Assembly: GCA_963796055.1 (NCBI GenBank)
Contig: CAWCKH010000004.1
Location: 544,001-608,000, forward strand
Direction of reading: 5' to 3'
Origin: an uncultured delta proteobacterium
GTDB taxonomy: Bacteria > Myxococcota > Myxococcia > Myxococcales > Myxococcaceae
Length of the DNA stretch: 64,000 nt
The notes below the pieces were generated by a model that was not told the origin of the DNA, did not search any database, and worked only from the letters and a program-made list of their open reading frames with translations. The translations under genes were made by a program, and so were the position numbers. This document shows positions 34,884-43,516 of the stretch, in pieces. Every line of letters begins with the position of its first letter. Positions within the stretch are counted from its first letter, which is position 1.

Positions 34884-35951
34884 ATGAAGCACTGGTCGAC
34901 CGTCGCCCCGCTCCTCGCCGCCCTGCTGCTCGGCGTGGCCGCCGTCCTTGTCCCGAGCCCACTCCTGGCCGCGGTCTGCGGCCTGGCCCTGGTGGGTGCG
35001 GTGCTGGCCGCCGTGCACCACGCCGAGGTGGTGGCCCACAAGGTCGGCGAGCCGCTGGGCACCCTGGTCCTCGCCCTGGCGGTGACGATCATCGAGACCT
35101 CGTTGATCGTCTCCCTGATGTTCGCCGGAGGACCGGACACGGCCGTCCTCGCTCGTGACACCGTCTACGCGGCGGTGATGATCATCTGCAACGGGGTCAT
35201 CGGTCTCTGCATCCTCGTCGGAGGCATCCGGCACCGCGAGCAGTCCTTCCGCATCGAGGGAGCGGGGCCGGCGTTCGCCGCCCTGGTGGCGCTCGCCACC
35301 CTGGTGCTGGTGCTTCCCGGATTCACCACCAGCGCGCCGGGCCCGGCGTACACCCCGGTGCAGCTGGCCTTCGCCGGGCTGTGCTCGCTGGTGCTCTGGG
35401 GAGTGTTCGTCTTCGTCCAGACCATCCGGCACCGCGACTACTTCCTTCCGGCCCACGACGCCGCCGCCGAGGGCGAGCACCTGCCTCCCCCCACCGCGCT
35501 CGCCGCATGGGTGAGCCTCGGGCTGCTGCTCGTCTCGCTGGTCGGGGTGGTGGGCCTGGCGAAGGTGCTCTCGCCGAGGATCGAGGCAGCGGTCCGCGAC
35601 GCCGGCGCTCCGGAGGCGGTGATCGGCATCGCGATCGCCATGCTGGTCCTGCTCCCCGAGACCGTGGCCGCCGTGCGCGCCGCCCGCGCCAACCGGCTCC
35701 AGACCAGCATGAACCTGGCCCTGGGCTCGGCGCTGGCCACCATCGGTCTCACCATCCCGGCGGTGGTCGTGGCCTCGCAGCTGTTCCACCTCCCGGTCAG
35801 CCTCGGCCTGGACCCCAAGGACCTGGTCCTCCTCGGGCTCACCTTCATCGTCGGGGCGGTGACACTCGGTCCGGGGCGGACCAGCATCATGCAGGGCGCG
35901 GTGCACCTGGTGGTCTTCGCCGCGTTCCTCTTCCTGTCGCTCGTTCCCTAG
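34884..35951 (+). CDS. chaA: Ca2+/H+ antiporter (ChaA family)
   Basis: AVHHAEVVAHKVGEPLGTLVLALAVTIIE, ARDTVYAAVMI, LLPE, MNLALGSALATIGLTIP. Confidence 0.9.
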   Translation: MKHWSTVAPLLAALLLGVAAVLVPSPLLAAVCGLALVGAVLAAVHHAEVVAHKVGEPLGTLVLALAVTIIETSLIVSLMFAGGPDTAVLARDTVYAAVMIICNGVIGLCILVGGIRHREQSFRIEGAGPAFAALVALATLVLVLPGFTTSAPGPAYTPVQLAFAGLCSLVLWGVFVFVQTIRHRDYFLPAHDAAAEGEHLPPPTALAAWVSLGLLLVSLVGVVGLAKVLSPRIEAAVRDAGAPEAVIGIAIAMLVLLPETVAAVRAARANRLQTSMNLALGSALATIGLTIPAVVVASQLFHLPVSLGLDPKDLVLLGLTFIVGAVTLGPGRTSIMQGAVHLVVFAAFLFLSLVP

Positions 35952-36102
35952 GGCGGCGCCTGCTCATCGTCCTCGCGACGCTGCTGGTGCTCTACACGGC
36001 GTTCGGGTTCCTCACGGCTCACCGCGGCGCTGCACCGAGAGACCGCCACCATCGCCCGGGCGGGGCGCGGGTCTACTTCACCCTCAAGTAGCGGCGCGGG
36101 GC

Positions 36103-37989
36103 TCACCACGGGTAGTAGCGCGCGTCGAAGGCGACCTTCAGGTACACGAGCCAGCTCGTGCCGAGGTCCGGCCCCGGCGCTCCCGGCGGGTCCACCAGGT
36201 GCGCGTTGTTCGGCATGTCCACTCCAAAGCCGAGCTGCAGCGCCACGGTGAGCGCCTGGTTGGTGGCGAACGTCCGGAAGGGGCGGTACTCCACGATGGG
36301 AAAGTCGAGCTGCGCCGAGCGGTAGGAGTACGCGGTGACGACGCCGTTGACGTCGGTGTATCCGCGAATGCCCTCCTTGCCGTAGCCGAAGAGGGCGACC
36401 CCCACCTCACGTCCGAGCAGGAACTGGAATGCACCGATGCCGGTGTTCAAGGTCCGCTGCCAGGGGATGACACCGCCGCTGGCGGCGATGATGCCCATCT
36501 GCTTCAACGCGTTCTTGTCCACGAGCAGCAGGACGGGCGCGGCCAGCAGGAGGTCCCCCGGGAGCAGCCAGAAGGGCATGTGCACCCGGATGCCGAGTCC
36601 GTTCCGCCCCAGCACCCGTGGGATGCCCGCGGAACTGAGCGCGTCTCCCCCGCACTCCCCGCACAGGTCCGACTGGTCGGCCTGATACACGACTCCCACC
36701 TGGACGAATGCCAGCCCCGCGCCGCTCGAGCCGATGACTGCATCGAGACCGACGCCGAAGCGCACGCCAATCTCGGCCTGCCCGAACGGACGCCCGTGAG
36801 CGGACTCGGGGGCGTCGTAGCCGCCGAATGCGCCGCCGCCGAAAAGGCCTGCGGCGAAGCCGATGAACGGCCCCACCTCCTGGCGGAAGTGCGGCAGGTG
36901 CACGTCGCCCGCAGGACGGGTGGGCACCGGCGTCTGCTTGATGATGTCGTCGCGCAAGAGACCCGAGTCCGGAGGGCTCACGAAAGGCGGCTGCTTCGTC
37001 GCCGTGCAGATGTCCACGCTCGGAGCAGCGGTGGCCATCGCCGCGTCCACCTCTGTGCCCACCTTGCTCGCCCCACCCTTTCCCAGCGCCGCGTCGGCGA
37101 GCTGAGCCCAGGCGTCCGAGACCAGCCGCGAGGTGCGCTCCAGGTCCTCGGGGCGCATGTGGGCATCGCCCTTGAGCGTCTGCAGCGTCCCGGCCCAGGT
37201 GCTGCCGTCGAGCCCTGCCTCGCAGTAGTAGTCGTGCGTGCCCTTGCGTTCGGCGACGCCGCCCCAGCTGCCGGCGACGTGGCCGGCGCTGAAGGAGTCC
37301 TCGATGAAATGAAGGGCGAAGGCCTCGGTGGCCAGCACCTGCGCGGCCAGCACCCGGTCGTCGGGGTGCGCCCGCCACCGGGCCGCAAGCCCGAGCGCGG
37401 AGAAATGGTAGTAGAGGAAGAGCCCCATCGCGTTGGGCTCGGTGCTGGTGGAGACCGCCCGCGCCAGGTAGGCGCCCAGCTCGTCCTCGGTGCGCGGGAG
37501 CAGGAAGTGCGCGGTGTTCGCCGCGGCCCGGCTCGAGTATTCGCGGTCGACCTGCTCCAGCCTGAGGTTGGAGAGAGCCCAGGCGTCGAGCCGGGCGGAC
37601 TGGCTCGGGGCACCGGCCAGCCTGCGGCGCAGCTCCACGCCCACGGCCGAGACGTCCATCGCCCACTTGCTGGGGAGGACGTCCTTGCGGAGGTTTTCCG
37701 GCGAGCAGGAGTGGTCCCCGGCCAGGGCAGACCAGCTCGCGAGGTCGAGGCAGGAGCCATCGAGGCCGCCGAGCGGATCGGCGCAGGAGTTCTTCAGCGG
37801 CTCGGAGCCCGCGGTGGCCACGGTCCAGAGTCTGCCGAGCACCTCCTGCCGGGCGGGCGTCAGCCGGCCGAATGCTGCCGCGGAGATGTCCCGGTGCTCC
37901 GGGTAGGTCCAGGCGCAGAGGAGCAGCGGGGCGAGGACGGTCGCGAGGACGCGCTGCGATGTCCGCCGTCGCAGCCCCCCCGTGCTCAC
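36103..37989 (-). CDS. secreted protein, N-terminal Zn-phospholipase C/P1-nuclease-like domain plus beta-rich C-terminal region
   Basis: GTG start, signal peptide, mature start W-T-Y-P-E-H; ALAGDH, NTAHF, HFIEDSFSAGH, THDYY; amphipathic beta-strands to ...FDARYYPW. Confidence 0.6.
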   Translation of the reverse strand: MSTGGLRRRTSQRVLATVLAPLLLCAWTYPEHRDISAAAFGRLTPARQEVLGRLWTVATAGSEPLKNSCADPLGGLDGSCLDLASWSALAGDHSCSPENLRKDVLPSKWAMDVSAVGVELRRRLAGAPSQSARLDAWALSNLRLEQVDREYSSRAAANTAHFLLPRTEDELGAYLARAVSTSTEPNAMGLFLYYHFSALGLAARWRAHPDDRVLAAQVLATEAFALHFIEDSFSAGHVAGSWGGVAERKGTHDYYCEAGLDGSTWAGTLQTLKGDAHMRPEDLERTSRLVSDAWAQLADAALGKGGASKVGTEVDAAMATAAPSVDICTATKQPPFVSPPDSGLLRDDIIKQTPVPTRPAGDVHLPHFRQEVGPFIGFAAGLFGGGAFGGYDAPESAHGRPFGQAEIGVRFGVGLDAVIGSSGAGLAFVQVGVVYQADQSDLCGECGGDALSSAGIPRVLGRNGLGIRVHMPFWLLPGDLLLAAPVLLLVDKNALKQMGIIAASGGVIPWQRTLNTGIGAFQFLLGREVGVALFGYGKEGIRGYTDVNGVVTAYSYRSAQLDFPIVEYRPFRTFATNQALTVALQLGFGVDMPNNAHLVDPPGAPGPDLGTSWLVYLKVAFDARYYPW

Positions 37990-38140
37990 CCCTGTCCCCC
38001 TTCGAGCAGCCCCAGCCCGCAGAGGATCTCGCAAGCGCCGCCGATGGCCACCGGCGCGGCCGGCGCGGGGAGCCACCGGGGGACGATTCGGACGTAGACC
38101 ATCAGCCCGGCCAGGAGGACGAGGAGGGCGACGTGCACCG
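37986..38140 (-). pseudogene. DoxX-like membrane protein fragment
   Basis: YVRIVPRWLPAPAAPVAIGGACEILCGLGLL resembles the DoxX core but the C-terminal half is missing. Confidence 0.45.
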
Positions 38141-38349
38141 CTGCATCGTAGGCTGACCAGCCCCCGGACGTCAGCCGTCGAGTGAGGGCCTTCGGTGCGC
38201 AAGCTGGCCGGCGCCCGCCGCGATGGGGGGAAGGCACCGCAGCACGACGTCTTGACGAACGGCCCAGGCCGACGCCCGTGTACTCACAACGACGTGGACG
38301 TTCGTCGCTCGATGGCGAGTCCGAGCCGGACGGAGTAGGTGCACACCCG

Positions 38350-39081
38350 ATGCATCGACCTTCGCGCGTCCTCCTCGCCGGCGGCCTCCTGGCGTTGCTC
38401 TGGTGCCCGCCACCCGCCCGGGCGTGAGGCATTGCGCCGCCCGTGGGTCTCACGGGCACCTGCGGTGCGGCGCTCGACGAGGAGCGCCGCTTCCAGCTGG
38501 CGATCACCGGTGCCGGGCTCCGGACGGATTTGAAATTCGACCAGACCCGGCAGCATCTCGAGGAGGCCAGCACTGCGGTGGCCTTCACCTATCGTCCCTC
38601 CGCGCTGTCTTTCCAGGTGTCGCTGGGGGCCGTCGTCGCCGGGAGCGTGACCGGACCGCTCGGGGACTACGACCTGAAGCCCGGCATCGTCGCCAGCGGC
38701 TCGGTCGCGTACACCCTGCTGGACGGGGAGGGGCCGCGCCCGTACCTCGCTCTGATCGGCACCCTCAGCCTCTCCATCGCCCCCACGCAGTCGAGGTCCA
38801 GCCCCCTCGACCGGCCGGACTTCACCGCCTCCGACATCCGCGCCTCGGTCGTGCTCGGGAAGCGGCTGTTCGAGCTCTGGATGCCGTACGTCGGCGCGGC
38901 GGTGTTCGGGGGCCCGGTGTGGTTCGCGCCAGGCGGCCAGTCCCACACCGGCAGCGACGTGTACCATTACCAGCTGAGCGCAGGCTCGAGCTTCATCCTC
39001 CCCGCGCACCTGGAGGTCTTCGTCGAGGTCGGGTTCCTCGGCGAGCAGGCTGTACTGGGCGGGCTCGGCTGGTCATTCTGA
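38350..39081 (+). CDS. putative selenocysteine-containing outer-membrane beta-barrel protein (Sec26)
   Basis: MHRPSRVLLAGGLLALLWCPPPARA-[TGA 38425-38427]-GIAPPVGLTGTCG... continues in frame for 243 aa to LGGLGWSF; SECIS-like hairpin follows the TGA. Confidence 0.75.
38428..38468 (+). promoter_or_regulatory. bacterial SECIS-like element
   Basis: 11-nt spacer GGCATTGCGCC, then GCCCGTG-GGTCT-CACGGGC (7-bp stem 38439-38457), lower stem GCATTGC/GCGGTGC with two G-U pairs. Confidence 0.75.
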
Positions 39082-39219
39082 CCCTCGCGCGGCGCTTCCC
39101 TTGTCCGAACGTGCACGATCCCAGGGACGAGTCGCGCCTGGCTCGGCACCAAGGTGCACCACCGCCCACGCCGTCGGCGTTGTAGGAAGCCTCCGGCCGC
39201 GTCGCGAGAGAAGGTCCGC

Positions 39220-39738
39220 ATGGACAGATCGATCCGGGTGTGGTTCCTGGGCGTCGTCGCGTTCTGTGCGGTCTATCTCCTCTGCCTGCAGCGTCACTGG
39301 GGTCTCATCGCGCCGAAGCCGGTCGGGGCCGCCCCGGCGGCGAGCGTCCGGGAGGTTGCGGCCCCGCCGAGGCCGGAGCCGATCCAGGACACGGTGGACA
39401 CGCTGCTCACCGGGACGGTGATCGAGTTCCAGACCGGCAGCGCGGCGCTCCGTCCAGAGAGCCTCGGCGTGCTCGGGGCGATCGCCTCGACGCTTCAGAA
39501 GCATCCTGAGGCCCGAGTGCAGATCGAGGGCCACACCGACGCCTCGGGCAGCCCGGAGGAGAACCAGGGGCTGAGCGAGCGCCGGGCGGAGGCGGTGAAG
39601 ACCGTTCTGGTGGCGCGGGGCGTGGACGCCACGCGGATCGAGACGCTGGGCTTCGGGAGCTCGCGCCCGCTGGTCTCCGAGCGCACCCCGGAGGACCGGG
39701 CGCGGAACCGGCGCATCCATCTCACCGTGACGAGGTAG
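39220..39738 (+). CDS. OmpA/MotB C-terminal (peptidoglycan-binding) domain protein
   Basis: N-terminal TM; IEFQTGSA, IEGHTDASG..EENQGLSERRAEAVK, GFGSSRP, RNRRI. Confidence 0.9.
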   Translation: MDRSIRVWFLGVVAFCAVYLLCLQRHWGLIAPKPVGAAPAASVREVAAPPRPEPIQDTVDTLLTGTVIEFQTGSAALRPESLGVLGAIASTLQKHPEARVQIEGHTDASGSPEENQGLSERRAEAVKTVLVARGVDATRIETLGFGSSRPLVSERTPEDRARNRRIHLTVTR

Positions 39739-39757
39739 CAGCCGTGGAGGCCGAACG

Positions 39758-40618
39758 ATGCTCGCGCTGATCTCCCAGATGCTCCTGTGTCTGCTGGCCG
39801 CGGCGGTGGTCGGGTTTCTCGTTGCCTGGTTCCTCCGCGCCGGACAGGTGGCGGAGCTGACCTCGGAGGCGGAGCGGCTCCGCGCCATCGTGCCGACCGG
39901 GGTGCTTCCCTCGGCGCTCTCGACCCGGCTGGAGCTCCTCGTCCGGATGATGGAGGAGGTGAAGTCCGGCCGCCCGGCCACCGAGGCCGCGGCCACCGAG
40001 CTGCACCGCCTCCTCGAGGCCCAGCAGGGGCTGCAGGGTACCGTGTCCGAGCTGGCTCGCCGGCCACCCCCGACCCCGCCGGCGGTCGATCTGACGCCCA
40101 TCGTGCAGAGGCTGGAGACGCTCTCCGGCGACGGGGCCGAGGCGCTGGCGAACCGGGTGGAGGCGCGGCTCGACGACCTCGCCGTGGCGCTGGACGATCT
40201 CCGCAGCCGACCCTCTCCGGCGGTGGACGTCGGCCCCAGCCTGGCCACCGCTTCGGACATGGCGGCGGTCGAGCGTCGGCTGCACGCGCTGGCCCAGGAG
40301 CTCGCCGCGCTGCAGCTCCGGCTCGCCGCGCCACCGCCGCCGCCTCCTCGCCGGCCACGGCCTCCGAGGGAGGAGCGGGACGATCTGATCCTCATCCACG
40401 GGGTCGGTCCGGTGCTCCAGCGGCTGCTCCACCGGATGGGCGTTTACCGGTTCGAGCAGGTGATGCGCTGGGATGCGAACGACATCGCCGCGGTGACCGA
40501 GCGGCTTCCCAACTTCAAGGGCCGCATCGAGCGCGAGGGCTGGGTGGAGAGCGCACGGCAGCAGTACGACAGGAAGTACGGGCACCGGAGCTCCGAGGCC
40601 GCGGCCCACTCGCACTGA
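39758..40618 (+). CDS. membrane-anchored coiled-coil protein with C-terminal helix-hairpin-helix domain
   Basis: N-terminal TM; coiled/Pro-rich middle; DDLILIHGVGPVLQRLLHRMGVYRFEQV..W...GRIEREGWVESAR. Confidence 0.75.
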   Translation: MLALISQMLLCLLAAAVVGFLVAWFLRAGQVAELTSEAERLRAIVPTGVLPSALSTRLELLVRMMEEVKSGRPATEAAATELHRLLEAQQGLQGTVSELARRPPPTPPAVDLTPIVQRLETLSGDGAEALANRVEARLDDLAVALDDLRSRPSPAVDVGPSLATASDMAAVERRLHALAQELAALQLRLAAPPPPPPRRPRPPREERDDLILIHGVGPVLQRLLHRMGVYRFEQVMRWDANDIAAVTERLPNFKGRIEREGWVESARQQYDRKYGHRSSEAAAHSH

Positions 40619-40646
40619 GGTGTCCGGTCCGGCCGGGCCGCGTGTT

Positions 40647-41515
40647 TCAGGCCTCGGCGCGCGGCTGCTCGTCGCCGGCGGCGGGTCGGGCGCGCTGCGG
40701 GGCGGCGAACAGCTCCTGGTGCAGCTCGCCGCAGATGGCCGCGGTCTCGTCCACCACCTGGGTGAGGAGGGCGTGCAGATCCTCGTCCTTCACGCGACGG
40801 GAGGCGAGGAAGGTCTCCAGCGCGGCGAGTCGCGCCTGGCAGCGCAACGCGGGAAAGGCCTGGTCTCCAGGGGTGCGGACGCTGGCCAGCCGCTGGTCCG
40901 CCTCGTGGAGACAGAAGACCAGCGAGCGCGGGAAACGCGGCTCGAGCATCAGGAAGGTGGCGACCTCCCCCGGCGTCACCCGGCCCGCCTGCGCTTCATG
41001 AAGGGCTCGAAGCCGGCACAGGCCCGGAGCAGCGACAGCCACAGCGTCTCCTCCCGCACCAGGTCCGGCGGGAGCTGCATCAGCGCGTGGTGGTGCACGT
41101 CGAGGATGCGCGCGGTCTGCCCCACCCGTTCGAGCAGGACCCCGAGCAGGATGAAGTCGAAGGCGTTGTCGTGGAGCATGGTGTGCTCCACCGCGCCGAG
41201 GATCAGCTGCGTCCCGGTGCGCACCTGGCGGTAGAACGCGTCGGGCCGCACCTCCCACTCGCACCGGCCCCGCCGTCGTTCAGCCAGACGTGCAGCTCGT
41301 TGATCGCCTCCCAGGCCTCGAGCGAGACCACCTCGCGGATGCTGCGGGCGTTCTCCCGGGCGGCGTACACCGAGTTGGCCAGGCTGGAGGGAACGGAGGA
41401 GTCCCAGGTCAGGAACTCGGTGACCCGCGACCCCTCGCCGGTGGCGGCGTTTCCGTGGCGAGCGAGGAACGTCTCGTCCTCACCGCACACCGCGAGCGCC
41501 GAGGTCCAGACCTGC
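40647..41515 (-). pseudogene. alpha-E domain protein, N-terminally truncated with two frameshifts
   Basis: AARENARSIREVVSLEAWEAINELH, LGVLLERVGQTARILDV, FLMLEPRFPRSLVFCL; shifts at ~41266 and ~40991; MLSR-type N-terminus absent. Confidence 0.8.
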
Positions 41516-42144
41516 GCCGCGGGAAAGCCTCTGCCCTCCCGCCCGCTGCGCTCGCACTCGACCTTCCCGCTGGTCTGGCTTCCCTGGCAGCGCAACCAGC
41601 TCGCCCCGTACCTCCTCCCTCCAGAGCTGCCGGAGAGCGAGCTGGGCGACCTCACCGACTACGCGATGAGCTTCGTTCGCCGGAACGACGACGACCTCTT
41701 CGACACCCTGATGGACGTCAACCAGACCATCTTCGAGGAATACCGCTACGTCCCGGGGAGCACCCACCTCGGCACCACCGCCTACCAGGTGCATGCGGTG
41801 CGGCAGGGCGTGTGTCAGGACTTCGCCAACCTCTTCATCTGCATGATGCGGCTGCTCGGAGTTCCGGCCCGGTACGTGTGCGGCTACGTCTACACCGGCC
41901 CTCGCAGCTCCCCGCCGCATCCGCACGCCGAGGCCAGCCACGCCTGGGTGCAGGTCTACCTTCCCGAGGTCGGATGGGTCGGCTTCGATCCCACCAACGG
42001 AATCCTCACCCAGACCGACCACGTGCGCGTCGCCGTCGGGCGTGCCTACGCCGATGCCACCCCTCCTCGGGCACGCTCTTCGTCGGCGGCAGGGGCGAGC
42101 AGCTGGAGGTCTCGGTGTGCGTGGAGCTGGCGGACGGAGGCTGA
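41516..42144 (+). pseudogene. transglutaminase-like protein, N-terminally truncated, frameshift at ~42060
   Basis: GVCQDFANL, PARYVCGY, ASHAWVQVY, GWVGFDPTN, HVRVAVGRAYADATP; no start codon or N-terminal domain. Confidence 0.8.
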
Positions 42145-42274
42145 GGCGGGTCTGGGGATTCCCTGGTCTGGAGGCCGACGTACGCCTTTGGTACCGTAGG
42201 TCTCCCGGGAAACGGCGCGATACGTCTGTGCCATGCGGGTGCCCGGTCCCCGTTTCCGCCTGGAGTCTGCCCCG

Positions 42275-43516
42275 ATGTTCCCCCGCAACGCGGCGAGCCT
42301 GCTCTGCACGCTGTGCTGCACCGCTGCGTTCGCTCAGCCACTGACGTTCTCCATCGACGATGCGCTCGCCCGCGCCGCGGAGACCAGCCCCACGGTCCAG
42401 CGCGCCCGTCTGGAGCGCCTCTCGGTCGAGGCCGAGGCGGTCGGTGCCGGAGTGTTCTTCCCCGCCAACCCGGTGGTGACCGTCGCCGCGGGCCACCGGA
42501 GCGACGACAGCGGAGCCGTCCCTCCGGCGGCTGGAGGCGAGGTGGTGGTGCGCGTCGAGCAGCAGCTGGAGATCGGCGGCCAGCGAGGTACCCGCCTGAC
42601 CGAGGTGGAGAAGGCGGTCGAGGCCGCCCGTTCCCGGGAGCGGATCGCGCTCGCCGAGTCACGCGCCCGGGTGCGTTCCGCCTACGTGGGGGTGCTGCTC
42701 GCCCAGGAGGGGGTTCGTTTCGCCGAAGAGCGGCTCGAGCTGACCCGGCGGGTGCGGACCTCGGTCCAGGCGCGCGCAGGTCTGGGCGCCGCCGGGGACG
42801 TGGACGTGAACCTCGCCGTGGTGGAGGTGGGTCGTGCCGAGCACGAGCTCGCGGTGGCGAAGGTCGCGGTCGTCGCCGCACACCAGGCGCTTCGCAGGCT
42901 CCTCTTCCTCCCGCGCGGCCCACCGCTGGACCTGACCACCCCCCTCACGGTGCCCCCGGTACCCGTCGAGGACACCGAGGCGCTGGTCACCCAGGCGAAG
43001 AGCCGGCGGGCGGAGCTGGCCGCGCTCACCGCGAGCCGCACGCAGCTGGATGCGACGCTCGATCGGCTCTCGCGCGAGGTCATCCCCAGCCCCACGTTCT
43101 TCTTCGAGTGGGCGAGCCAGCAGCCGAAGCAGAACTACATCGGCGGCGGCATCGCCCTCCCCATCCCCATCTGGCGTCAAAACCAGGGCGAGAAGGCGCG
43201 GGCCCGCGCCGCCCAGGAGCGGATCGACGGCGAGCGGATGCTGCTGGAGCTGGAGGTGGAGTCCGAGGTGGAGGTGGCGGCCGCCGCCGCCCGCGCCCTG
43301 GTCGCCGAGGCCCAGCGCTGGGACAAGGAAGTTGCCCCGGCGGCGGCTGCCAACGCCGAGCTCATCGCCCGCGGGTGGACGGCCGGCAAGTTCGACTTCT
43401 TCCGGGTGGTCCAGTCGCTCCGCGACAACGCCGAGGCGCGGGCCCAGGGCCTGCGGCTGCTCGGGACCGCGTGGGCCGCCGTCATCGATCTCGATCGCGC
43501 AGCGGGGGCTCCATGA
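42275..43516 (+). CDS. czcC: TolC/CzcC-family outer membrane efflux protein
   Basis: Signal peptide, EQQLEIGGQR, IALPIPIWRQNQG, GKFDFF; ATGA-coupled to adaptor gene. Confidence 0.85.
   Translation: MFPRNAASLLCTLCCTAAFAQPLTFSIDDALARAAETSPTVQRARLERLSVEAEAVGAGVFFPANPVVTVAAGHRSDDSGAVPPAAGGEVVVRVEQQLEIGGQRGTRLTEVEKAVEAARSRERIALAESRARVRSAYVGVLLAQEGVRFAEERLELTRRVRTSVQARAGLGAAGDVDVNLAVVEVGRAEHELAVAKVAVVAAHQALRRLLFLPRGPPLDLTTPLTVPPVPVEDTEALVTQAKSRRAELAALTASRTQLDATLDRLSREVIPSPTFFFEWASQQPKQNYIGGGIALPIPIWRQNQGEKARARAAQERIDGERMLLELEVESEVEVAAAAARALVAEAQRWDKEVAPAAAANAELIARGWTAGKFDFFRVVQSLRDNAEARAQGLRLLGTAWAAVIDLDRAAGAP

Noticed and set aside
38350..38427. Idea that Sec26 is a lipidated lipobox residue
   Set aside because: The preceding residues P-A-R-A fit a signal peptidase I A-x-A site, not an L-[AS]-[GA]-C lipobox
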